Position numbers and translations under genes: made by a program. A DNA stretch of 64,000 nt from an uncultured Candidatus Saccharibacteria bacterium (GTDB taxonomy: Bacteria; Patescibacteriota; Doudnabacteria; UBA920): NCBI GenBank assembly GCA_964561085.1, contig CAZLNP010000001.1, positions 10,213-74,212 of the forward strand, in the 5' to 3' direction. Of the stretch, positions 40,678 through 49,346 are shown piece by piece. The first letter of the stretch is position 1. Each line of letters begins with the position of its first letter. Below the pieces are notes generated by a model. That model was not told the DNA's origin, did no database searches, and saw nothing but the letters and a program-made list of their open reading frames with translations.

Positions 40678-41217
40678 CTAGTTATCTAGCTGGTCGGAAA
40701 CGAAGCGTCCAATTAGGATTAGGAACACGATTGGAGCGAGCAACCAAATGAAGCTGGCGTTTGGATGCAAGAACAAAAATTGAATTAAAGGAGAGAAACT
40801 ATTTTGAACCTGATCCGGTAAATAGCTAATTACAATATTAATTAACAGTCCGACCTGAAGAACTGTAAATGCCAATGTGAAAGGTAGGGCGAGAATTTGT
40901 CGTCCATCTGCTGTAGAGCGGAAAGCATAACGACCCATGAAGATAAAGAAAACTAGGAACAAGATTGAAAATGCTGCCAATTGGGGCATTGTAGAACTAG
41001 CAATATTTAGTTTATCCGCTGCAATATTAGAAAGAAACGGTGCTTTAATTACCAACAGTTGCGCCATGTAAGTACAAACCAAGATCAACAACATGCGTCC
41101 CCTACCTGCAGCGAATGCAAAGAGTACGCTAGCGACTAACCAAAAACCTAAAATGAACAAATCCCATGATGGGCTGTTCCAGTTAAATGTGCTAATTAAA
41201 CTTTGAAAATCGGGCAT
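40678..41217 (-). CDS. Hypothetical integral membrane protein (5 TM)
   Basis: Hydrophobic ORF. Confidence 0.4.
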   Translation of the reverse strand: MPDFQSLISTFNWNSPSWDLFILGFWLVASVLFAFAAGRGRMLLILVCTYMAQLLVIKAPFLSNIAADKLNIASSTMPQLAAFSILFLVFFIFMGRYAFRSTADGRQILALPFTLAFTVLQVGLLINIVISYLPDQVQNSFSPLIQFLFLHPNASFIWLLAPIVFLILIGRFVSDQLDN

Positions 41218-41326
41218 TTTTAGAATTTTGTTTCAAGGAGTTTTTACCCACAAGGGATGCTGGGCTTTTCTATATTATACCACATGCATAATAAAAAACC
41301 GACATTGAGGCGGTTTTTCTAAATAG

Positions 41327-42478
41327 CTAAAAATTGTCTTTAATTGAATCCCAGAAAGATTTATTTACTTCTACCGTCTCCCCTTTCAAGTCAGCCAGTT
41401 CTTTTAGAAGCTCGGCTTCTTTTTTTGAAATCTTGCTTGGGATAATCACGCGAGCCGTCACCAACAAGTCACCTCGCTTATTACCACCTGGTTGGGCAAC
41501 TCCTTTACCACCAACTTTGAAAACTTTCCCTGGCTGAGTTCCAGCTGGGATTCTTAACTCAATTTCACCATCCAAAGTTTGAACTTTTACTTTTGCACCT
41601 AGAGCCGCTTGAGTAAAACTAATTGGCACTGAGGTTTTTAAAGTCTGCCCATCGCGGATAAATTCTTTGCTTGGTTTAACGCGAATATTTAAATACAAAT
41701 CTCCGGGTTCAGAACCCCGATAGCCAACTTCTCCTTCGCCATTGATGCGAATGCGTTGATTATTATCTATGCCGGCTGGAATCTGAACTTCCAAAGTTTT
41801 TTCTTGTCGGAAGAAACCTTCCCCCTTACAAGTCTCACAAGGTACCTCTGGAATTTTCCCATCACCACCACAGCGATCACAAGCCACAGAAGATTGCACA
41901 GCACCAAAAATAGTTTGGCGTTGTGTTCTTATTTGACCTTGGCCATGACAAACAGGACATGTAACAACTTTTGTATCAGGTTTTGCACCACTACCTTCGC
42001 AAGTTTTACACTTATCTTTTTTCTCTAAATGAATCTCTCTCTTAACGCCAAAAACAGCCTCTTCAAACTCTATCGTAAGAGACATTTCTAAATCGATGCC
42101 ACGGTTGCGTGCCTGCCTTGCTGAACGGGAACCAAAAATGTCACCGAAGATATCGCCGAAATCAAAATCCACACCTTCGCCACCGAAACCACCAAAGCCC
42201 CCGCCAAATGGATTACCACCTTGTGGTCCTGCGCCGTAGCCTGGTCCACCACCTTGCCGCTGGGCATCTTCAAAAGTCTGCCCGTACTGATCGTACTGAC
42301 TCTTCTTCTCTGCATTAGAAAGAACCTGATATGCTTCGTTTACCTCTTTAAACTTGGCGTCATTGCCTTGGCCTTTATCTGGATGATACTTATGAGCCAT
42401 CTTGCGATAGGCTTTTTTGATTTCGTCATCAGAAGCAGATTTTTCAACTCCTAAAGTTTCATAGTAATTTTGTGGCAT
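41327..42478 (-). CDS. dnaJ: Chaperone DnaJ
   Basis: J-domain with HPD, Gly-rich region, four CxxCxGxG zinc motifs. Confidence 0.95.
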   Translation of the reverse strand: MPQNYYETLGVEKSASDDEIKKAYRKMAHKYHPDKGQGNDAKFKEVNEAYQVLSNAEKKSQYDQYGQTFEDAQRQGGGPGYGAGPQGGNPFGGGFGGFGGEGVDFDFGDIFGDIFGSRSARQARNRGIDLEMSLTIEFEEAVFGVKREIHLEKKDKCKTCEGSGAKPDTKVVTCPVCHGQGQIRTQRQTIFGAVQSSVACDRCGGDGKIPEVPCETCKGEGFFRQEKTLEVQIPAGIDNNQRIRINGEGEVGYRGSEPGDLYLNIRVKPSKEFIRDGQTLKTSVPISFTQAALGAKVKVQTLDGEIELRIPAGTQPGKVFKVGGKGVAQPGGNKRGDLLVTARVIIPSKISKKEAELLKELADLKGETVEVNKSFWDSIKDNF

Positions 42479-42820
42479 TAAATCTGGAAAATAATTAGTT
42501 ATGCACAGCCAGAGGCTTGACCTGATAGTTTACGTTTAGTTCGTTTCGGGTATATAATTTAAGTACTGGGGGTGATACTATTTACCTGAAGAAAAGTTAA
42601 AGTCTAAAATTAGTTTCTGGAGGAACTATAACCTAAGGTGTTTTTTGGGAGTTAACTATGAATAAAGAATCGCGGAAGGATCCGCACCTGTTGGACAATC
42701 GTTATTGTCCGATAATCAGCATTCTATTTTCTTTTGTCCATGTTGGGACAACCCCTGTCAATAAATCTGCCTTGAAGCTAACCTACCAAATTTAACCCTG
42801 CCGACTTGCGAACCTACGGC

Positions 42821-42860
42821 TACCCAGGCGACTTGTACCCACAAGTCGCCTTTTCTCTTT
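42821..42860 (+). terminator. Plus-strand Rho-independent terminator inside the dnaK-dnaJ spacer
   Basis: ggcgacttgt-accc-acaagtcgcc followed by ttttctctttt on the plus strand only. Confidence 0.5.
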
Positions 42861-42864
42861 TATA

Positions 42865-44799
42865 TTATTTCTTTTCTTCTGTAGATGAGCCTTCAGATAC
42901 ACTAGCTTCGCCATCTTTTGGAACTTCAGTGTATTCTGCATCAACTGGCTTTTCATCATCTGCTGGAATTTCCTTTTCAGATGGATCTACTGTTCCTACA
43001 TCACCAGGCTGAGCTGCCTGACCCGCTTCGTACATAGCTGCACCAACTTTTTGAATTGCGTCAGACAAAGCTTGCACCTTAGCCTGTAATACATCTAAAT
43101 CTTCTTTGTCTTTTACTTCTTTAAGTTCATCAATTGCGGTCTGAGCTGCAGTCACATCTTCTGCTTTCGCTTTATCGCCCGCATCTTTGATAGTTTTTTC
43201 GGATACAGAAATTAATGTATCTGCTTCGTTACGCTTATCTACTAATTCACGGCGCTTACGGTCATCGGAAGCATGTGCTTCAGCTTCTTGCTTCATGCGT
43301 TCTACATCTTCTTTAGAAAGAGATGATGAACCTTGAATTGTAATGTGAGCATCTTTTCCTGAAGCTTTATCTTTCGCAGATACTTTTAGAATACCGCTAG
43401 CATCGATGTCGAAAGTCACCTCAACTTGAGGCACTCCGCGAGGCGCTGCTGGAATTCCATCTAGATTAAAGGTTCCCAAAGATTTGTTATCAGCCGCGAA
43501 CTCACGTTCTCCCTGCAACACGTGAACTTGTACAGAGGTTTGATTGTCAGCAGCAGTTGAAAATACTTGAGACTTTGAAGTTGGAATTGTAGTGTTACGA
43601 TCAATCAAAGGAGTGCGTACACCACCAAGAGTTTCTAGACCAAGAGTAAGTGGGGTTACATCTAGCAAAAGAATTTCTTTGCCTTGAACTTCGCCGCCCA
43701 AAACACCAGCTTGAACCGCAGCACCTTTAGCTACAGCTTCCATTGGATCAACGCCACGTTCTACTTGCTTACCAATGTAGTCTTCAACGAACTTGATAAC
43801 AACTGGCATACGAGTTGGCCCACCAATCATGATGATTTTTTCAATTTGTTGTGGTGAAAGACCAGCATCTTTAATGGCTTGTTCAACTGGAGTACGCATT
43901 TTAGCAACAATTGGCTTGATTAAATCTTCAAGCTTTGCGCGAGTTAGCTTCATTTCTAAGTTTTGTGAACCAGATTCATTCTGCGCAATGAAAGGCAAAA
44001 TGATGTCAGTTTCCATTGTTGTAGAAAGTTCGATCTTTGCTTTTTCAGCAGCTTCACGAACACGGTTCATTGCCATCTTGTCTGAAGTGATATCAATTCC
44101 GGATTGGGTCTTGAACTCGCTAGTTAAGAAATCGATCAAAGCAGCGTCCATATCTTTTCCACCAAGAGTTGTATCCCCTGATGTAGACTTAACTTCGAAA
44201 GTAGCTTGAGTCTTACCATCTTCTTCTGTTTCAGAGAATTCCATGATGGTTACGTCCAAAGTTCCGCCACCAAGGTCAAATACCAAAATCTTTTGATCTT
44301 GAGTACCAGATTTGTCGATACCGTAAGCGAAAGCCGCAGCAGTCGGTTCGTTAATTACACGAACAACTTCTAGACCAGCAATTTCACCCGCCTGCTTTGT
44401 TGCTTGGCGTTGAGCATCATCAAAGTAAGCAGGAACAGTAATAACTGCTTTCTCTACTTTATCGCCCAAGTGGGCTTCTGCATCGCGCTTAATCTTCTGC
44501 AAGATGAACGCGCTGATTTGTTCTGGAGAATATTCTTTATCGTTAATCTTATAACGGAAGTCTGTGCCCATTTTGCGCTTCGCTTCGAATACAGTTCCTT
44601 CAGGGTTTGTTACAGCCTGGCGACGAGCAGGTTCCCCTACAAGTAGTTGGCCATCTTTTGTAAATGCTACGTATGATGGAAAAGCTTTTCCACCAAGTGA
44701 GTTACCTTCCGCAGATGGGATGATAACTGCTTTTCCACCTTCCAACGCTGCAGCTGCAGAGTTAGAAGTTCCTAAGTCGATTCCTATAATTTTTGACAT
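42865..44799 (-). CDS. dnaK: Chaperone DnaK (Hsp70)
   Basis: [18 protein letters not shown] and other Hsp70 signatures. Confidence 0.97.
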   Translation of the reverse strand: MSKIIGIDLGTSNSAAAALEGGKAVIIPSAEGNSLGGKAFPSYVAFTKDGQLLVGEPARRQAVTNPEGTVFEAKRKMGTDFRYKINDKEYSPEQISAFILQKIKRDAEAHLGDKVEKAVITVPAYFDDAQRQATKQAGEIAGLEVVRVINEPTAAAFAYGIDKSGTQDQKILVFDLGGGTLDVTIMEFSETEEDGKTQATFEVKSTSGDTTLGGKDMDAALIDFLTSEFKTQSGIDITSDKMAMNRVREAAEKAKIELSTTMETDIILPFIAQNESGSQNLEMKLTRAKLEDLIKPIVAKMRTPVEQAIKDAGLSPQQIEKIIMIGGPTRMPVVIKFVEDYIGKQVERGVDPMEAVAKGAAVQAGVLGGEVQGKEILLLDVTPLTLGLETLGGVRTPLIDRNTTIPTSKSQVFSTAADNQTSVQVHVLQGEREFAADNKSLGTFNLDGIPAAPRGVPQVEVTFDIDASGILKVSAKDKASGKDAHITIQGSSSLSKEDVERMKQEAEAHASDDRKRRELVDKRNEADTLISVSEKTIKDAGDKAKAEDVTAAQTAIDELKEVKDKEDLDVLQAKVQALSDAIQKVGAAMYEAGQAAQPGDVGTVDPSEKEIPADDEKPVDAEYTEVPKDGEASVSEGSSTEEKK

Positions 44800-44817
44800 A
44801 AAATAATTTCCTTTCTA

Positions 44818-45342
44818 TTAAGCTTTCTTACTAATAACCACCTGGCTTGGTCGAATCACTTTGCCGTTGATCTCGTACCCAGTTTGTAAGTCCTCTACTA
44901 TTAGACCATCAGTGTCCCCCGGCACTTCCCTAACAGCTTCGTGATATTGCGGGTCAAAAGGTTTACCAACTGCATCGATTTTCTTCACACCCATTTCTTC
45001 CAAGACTTTATCTAGCTGGGCGAGCGTTGCGTTGATTCCCTTGAGCCAAGTTTCATCTATATTCTGAGGAGTATGTTTCAAACCTTGCCCGAGCGTATCT
45101 AGCGTTGGCAACAACTTTACTATCGTCACCTCTTTAGCAAAATCCATAATCTCTCGTTGCTTTCCTTCTTCGCGTTTCTGATAGTTCGCAAAGTCAGCCT
45201 GCGCTCGTTGCCATCCTGAAAGATTTGTTTGCGCTTCCTCTTTTGCTTCATCTAGCTGGCGTTGCAAATCAGTCGGCTCTTCTTGATGAGCTTGCTCCGG
45301 TTCTTGAGCCGGGTTTTGATTATCTTGTTCTTCTGGTTCCAT
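44818..45342 (-). CDS. grpE: Nucleotide exchange factor GrpE
   Basis: GrpE coiled-coil + C-terminal domain; position in hrcA-grpE-dnaK-dnaJ. Confidence 0.9.
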   Translation of the reverse strand: MEPEEQDNQNPAQEPEQAHQEEPTDLQRQLDEAKEEAQTNLSGWQRAQADFANYQKREEGKQREIMDFAKEVTIVKLLPTLDTLGQGLKHTPQNIDETWLKGINATLAQLDKVLEEMGVKKIDAVGKPFDPQYHEAVREVPGDTDGLIVEDLQTGYEINGKVIRPSQVVISKKA

Positions 45343-46098
45343 CTATGTAAATAAAATTAATAGTATTGCTGCCGCTCCACCGCCACCAATTAATTTGGTG
45401 ATGTATTCCATGAGCGTAATATTTTTCGGGTACTGCATCGACTTTGGACCGATTAAACCGATGACACCTTTTTTCCCTGAGGGAAGTTGTAGTCCAGAGA
45501 CAATCATTGAGTAATCAGAGCGCGTAGAAAGTTTTAATTCTTTACCGATGAACGCTTGCGCTTCTTTGTCGCCGTAGTCTTCGATCATCTCATCTGCGTA
45601 ATCTTCCAAGTTGTCGAAGAATTGAGCGATCTCTTTTGCATCTTCAGGTGGAAGGCTTTGATTATCTAAAATATTTGAGAGGCCAACAGATGAAACTTCT
45701 TCTGGGAACATCGCGAACGATGCTTGTGAAGTATGCGCGGTAAGGACTTTTGCTAAGCGACGACCGATTTCGGCGTTCACTGCTTGGAGCTTCACAATTT
45801 CGCTGCGCAAAGTTTCTTGCTCGCGCATCGTTAGCTTCACTTTATCCATGAGCTGATTTACGAAATAGCGGAAACCTTCATCTGTAGGTACTCGCCCCGC
45901 AGATGTGTGCGGTTGGCGAATGTATCCCATTTTTTCCAGGGCAGCCATTTCGTTGCGAATTGTTGCGGAACTAAGTCCGAACTCGAATTTATCGCACAAA
46001 TCTTTACTTGCCACCGCTACCCCGTCTTCACAGTTTAGCTTTACAATGGCAGCCAAGATTCTGGCTTGTCTAGGAGTTATTTCTTCTGTTTCTATCAT
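45343..46098 (-). CDS. hrcA: Heat-inducible transcription repressor HrcA (short form)
   Basis: N-terminal winged-helix HrcA signature; first gene of the operon; CIRCE upstream. Confidence 0.85.
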   Translation of the reverse strand: MIETEEITPRQARILAAIVKLNCEDGVAVASKDLCDKFEFGLSSATIRNEMAALEKMGYIRQPHTSAGRVPTDEGFRYFVNQLMDKVKLTMREQETLRSEIVKLQAVNAEIGRRLAKVLTAHTSQASFAMFPEEVSSVGLSNILDNQSLPPEDAKEIAQFFDNLEDYADEMIEDYGDKEAQAFIGKELKLSTRSDYSMIVSGLQLPSGKKGVIGLIGPKSMQYPKNITLMEYITKLIGGGGAAAILLILFT

Positions 46099-46138
46099 GT
46101 GTTTGATGTAATATATAGAGCAAAAGTAGCTCTAATTC

Positions 46139-46179
46139 AGTATAAAAATAAATTAGCACTCTGTCAAGTAGAGTGCTAA
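46139..46179 (-). promoter_or_regulatory. CIRCE operator (TTAGCACTC-N9-GAGTGCTAA, 46153-46179) overlapping a minus-strand promoter (TTGACA at 46167-46162 inside the CIRCE spacer, TATACT at 46144-46139)
   Basis: Perfect consensus CIRCE inverted repeat 55 nt upstream of hrcA; -35/-10 with 17-nt spacing. Confidence 0.9.
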
Positions 46180-46288
46180 AGCACAAATAGTTATGCACAA
46201 GTGAATGTAAAGTTGACTTGACATCAATAAGTTCACAGTCTAGACTTAATCTAAGATTAATAACTGACCAAATGGTCACAATATACAT

Positions 46289-46867
46289 ATGAATAATAAA
46301 ATAGTAATCGGAATCATTATTGGACTAATAGTAGTAGGCGGTGTTGCCGCTTACATGATTAGCCAAAACCGAAATGAAGTTGAATCTTCAAAAATGATGG
46401 AAGATAAAAAAATGACTGGCGACTCCATGACAGAAAAAGCAGTGGACAACGCCATGAACGGTGAACAGAGAATGAGCGTAGACGACGGTGCAATGAAAAG
46501 CGATACTAAAATGGAAAGTGATGCTATGAGTGGCAGTGAATTAATGGCAGCTCAGGCCGGAACTTACAAAGACTACTCCCCTGCTCTAGCTGAATCCGAG
46601 GCAAAGGCTAAGAATAAAGTTGTGTTATTTTTCCACGCGCCATGGTGTCCTTTCTGTAAAACTGCGGACACTGCTTTCAAAACTAACTTAGATAAAATAC
46701 CAAAAGGTGTGACAGTTTTAAAAACTGACTACGACAGCAACTTAGAACTACGCAAGAAGTACGCCGTAACTTATCAGCATACTTTTGTTCAAATAGATGC
46801 TTCTGGCAACCAAATAACCAAGTGGAATAGTGGTGACATTGATTTGCTAATCAAGAACGTAAAGTAA
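46289..46867 (+). CDS. Membrane-anchored thioredoxin-like protein with Met-rich linker
   Basis: N-terminal TM, linker with MMEDKKM / MTEKAVDNAM / MSVDDGAM / MESDAM motifs, WCPFC active site. Confidence 0.75.
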   Translation: MNNKIVIGIIIGLIVVGGVAAYMISQNRNEVESSKMMEDKKMTGDSMTEKAVDNAMNGEQRMSVDDGAMKSDTKMESDAMSGSELMAAQAGTYKDYSPALAESEAKAKNKVVLFFHAPWCPFCKTADTAFKTNLDKIPKGVTVLKTDYDSNLELRKKYAVTYQHTFVQIDASGNQITKWNSGDIDLLIKNVK

Positions 46868-46891
46868 CTCTCTCCGAACGACTTTAATTTT

Positions 46892-47611
46892 ATGATTGAA
46901 ATATTATTTGCGCTCCTTGCTGGAGCCCTAACAATTGGTGCCCCGTGCATTTTGCCACTCTTACCTATTCTACTAGGCAGTTCAGTTGGATCTACATCTA
47001 AAACCAGGCCGCTATTCATTGCAATTGGATTCATATTTATGTTTACAATTGTAGCTCTCACACTTTCGTGGTTGATTAGCGCGGCAAACATCTCTCCAAA
47101 CCTACTACGTACAATCGCAACTTTTGCTCTCGCTTTGTTTGGGTTATTTATGTTGTGGCCAACACCTTTTGAAAAAGTGACTGCATACTTAAGTGGGTTT
47201 AGCACCAAAGCGACATCACTTAGCACAAAGGCAGGCACAGGTAATTTGGGTGGGTTTGTTTTAGGCCTAATGCTTGGACTAATTTGGACACCGTGTGCTG
47301 GACCAGTGCTAGGCTCTATCTTAACCTTGATTGCGACTCAAACAAACATAGCTCAAGCAGGGATTCTACTAGTGGCGTATGCAATTGGCGCTGGTATTCC
47401 AATGCTATTGATTGCTTATGGTGGTCAGCTTATTACCACACGAGTACGAGCGATAGTTCCTTATGCAACAAAGATTCAACAAATATTTGGTATAATTATT
47501 ATCTTGCTCGCAGTAGCCATATATTTCCAATATGATGTTGCCCTACAAGCAAAAATTTTAGAAAATTTTGATTTCTCTAGTTTAGAGTCTAAGATTATCG
47601 CTCCTAAATAA
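46892..47611 (+). CDS. ccdA: Cytochrome c biogenesis / thiol-disulfide electron transporter CcdA (DsbD beta-domain-like)
   Basis: 6-TM protein with conserved Cys in TM1 (GAPCILPLLP) and TM4 (WTPCAGP). Confidence 0.8.
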   Translation: MIEILFALLAGALTIGAPCILPLLPILLGSSVGSTSKTRPLFIAIGFIFMFTIVALTLSWLISAANISPNLLRTIATFALALFGLFMLWPTPFEKVTAYLSGFSTKATSLSTKAGTGNLGGFVLGLMLGLIWTPCAGPVLGSILTLIATQTNIAQAGILLVAYAIGAGIPMLLIAYGGQLITTRVRAIVPYATKIQQIFGIIIILLAVAIYFQYDVALQAKILENFDFSSLESKIIAPK

Positions 47612-47633
47612 AATCCGCTACGGCTGTTCTATT

Positions 47634-48686
47634 ATGAAAAAAATTATTCCCCACATTCTAATCGTCATTGTTTTACTAGTTGGTGCTGGGCTCTATTTGC
47701 AGTCTACGAAAAAAACAGGAGAATCAATTTTGCCTGTGACATTAAAGACCCAAGAAAGTTCTTCTGATGAACTTACAGTTGATAGCCCACCAGAACAGCT
47801 ATTCAAAAATTACGGGCCGGCTCCAGACTTTGTTGGTAATGACAAGTGGTTTAACAGCGAGCCATTAAAGATGGAGCAACTTAAAGGCAAGGTTGTGTTG
47901 GTAGACTTCTGGACTTACTCCTGTATTAATTGTATTCGCACATTCCCCTACATAACTGAGTGGTATAAAAAATACAAAGATCAAGGATTAGAAATTGTCG
48001 GTGTCCACACTCCAGAGTTTGCATTTGAAAAAGTTCCGATGAATGTGGAAGCCGCAATTAAGAAATACGGGATTAGCTATCCAGTTGCACAAGATAATAG
48101 TTACAAAACATGGACTGCATATAAAAATCAGTTTTGGCCTGCACACTACTTAATAGATAAAGATGGGAACATCGTTTACACTCATTTTGGAGAAGGTAAA
48201 TATGATGTGACCGAAAAGGCAATTCGAACTCTACTAGGCTTAGAAGGTGAATTTCAGATTCCTCAACAGGAACCAGCAAACTTAGCAGCAACCCCAGAAA
48301 TATATTTCGGGCTTACCCGATTAAAGAATTTTGGTGGTACTGAAAAACCTAGCGGCGAACAACAAATTTACACATTTCCTTCAAAGCTAAAGCCAGGTCA
48401 GTTTGCATTAGAAGGCAGCTGGGTATTTAACCAGGAAGCAGCAATTCATACGAAGGGATTTGGGAGAATCAAACTAAACTTCGATGCCGCAAAAGTATTC
48501 ATGGTTGCCCAAAGCAACCAACCAACTACTATTAAAGTTTATGTGGACGGTAAGTTAATAAAAGGTGTTGTTGTGAAGGATTCAGATCTGTATGAGCTTT
48601 ATGACTCTATGGTTGGCGGGCAACACACTATGGAAATTGAAATTCCTGACGGAAACTTTGAAGCGTTTACATTTACATTTGGCTAA
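47634..48686 (+). CDS. TlpA/ResA-like membrane-anchored thiol-disulfide oxidoreductase with extra C-terminal domain
   Basis: N-terminal TM; redoxin fold with CINC active site (WTYSCINCIRTFP); about 150-aa C-terminal extension. Confidence 0.75.
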   Translation: MKKIIPHILIVIVLLVGAGLYLQSTKKTGESILPVTLKTQESSSDELTVDSPPEQLFKNYGPAPDFVGNDKWFNSEPLKMEQLKGKVVLVDFWTYSCINCIRTFPYITEWYKKYKDQGLEIVGVHTPEFAFEKVPMNVEAAIKKYGISYPVAQDNSYKTWTAYKNQFWPAHYLIDKDGNIVYTHFGEGKYDVTEKAIRTLLGLEGEFQIPQQEPANLAATPEIYFGLTRLKNFGGTEKPSGEQQIYTFPSKLKPGQFALEGSWVFNQEAAIHTKGFGRIKLNFDAAKVFMVAQSNQPTTIKVYVDGKLIKGVVVKDSDLYELYDSMVGGQHTMEIEIPDGNFEAFTFTFG

Positions 48687-48886
48687 TGACTATTATCAAC
48701 CGAGTTAAACAATTAAGATCAGAGAAAAGCATAACTCAAGAAGAGCTAGCTTCTGCTTGCGGGGTCTCCAGACAGACTGTTATTGCGATAGAAAAAGGAA
48801 ACTATACCCCATCTCTACTACTTGCACTACAAGTAGCGGAGTTTTTTGGTTTGCCCGTAGAAAAAGTTTTTGAAATCAAGAAGTAA
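48686..48886 (+). CDS. XRE-family (Cro/C1-type) HTH transcriptional regulator
   Basis: QEELASACGVSRQTVIAIEKG helix-turn-helix. Confidence 0.8.
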   Translation: MTIINRVKQLRSEKSITQEELASACGVSRQTVIAIEKGNYTPSLLLALQVAEFFGLPVEKVFEIKK

Positions 48887-48934
48887 ATTAAGTAGTATAA
48901 TTAAACTGAATCATTCACAAATAACAATCACACT

Positions 48935-49297
48935 ATGAAACTAATTCTTTACTATCTTACTTTACTTGTATTTATCGCCATCGTAACCGGCTTTGCACTT
49001 TCTCAAAACGGCGGCAGCATGGGCATGTCTCAAATGCTTGGAGTATCTGCGGCCTTAGTACTTTACACGGTAGCAATGTCTTTAATTGGTGAGGGACCTG
49101 CTACTGATGAACGAGAGACTCATCATAGATATGTTTCAAATCGTGCAGCCATGATTGCAGGGACGATTGTTTTCTCAGTCGGAATTATGTATCAACTTTT
49201 CATTTCGCATTCTTTGGACTACTGGCTACTGGTTGGATTAATTGCTATGAATCTAACAAAAATAGTTAGTTTAATTTATTTGGGATATAAGAAATAA
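48935..49297 (+). CDS. Small membrane protein paired with the XRE regulator
   Basis: Three to four TM helices. Confidence 0.5.
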   Translation: MKLILYYLTLLVFIAIVTGFALSQNGGSMGMSQMLGVSAALVLYTVAMSLIGEGPATDERETHHRYVSNRAAMIAGTIVFSVGIMYQLFISHSLDYWLLVGLIAMNLTKIVSLIYLGYKK

Positions 49298-49302
49298 AAA
49301 AG

Positions 49303-49327
49303 GCCGCCATATCTGGCGGCTTTTTTA
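49303..49327. terminator. Bidirectional terminator between the membrane-protein gene and uvrA
   Basis: ggccgcc...ggcggc hairpin + T7, preceded by A-run. Confidence 0.7.
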
Positions 49328-49346
49328 TCAGTGAATTGCCTAGATC

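Noticed and set aside
42479-42864. tmRNA, 6S or SRP RNA in the dnaK-dnaJ spacer
   Set aside because: No tRNA-like 3' end, no tag-peptide reading frame, no SRP domain-IV motif. Only a generic hairpin-terminator and small hairpins were seen. Kept as a generic small-ORF/sRNA candidate.
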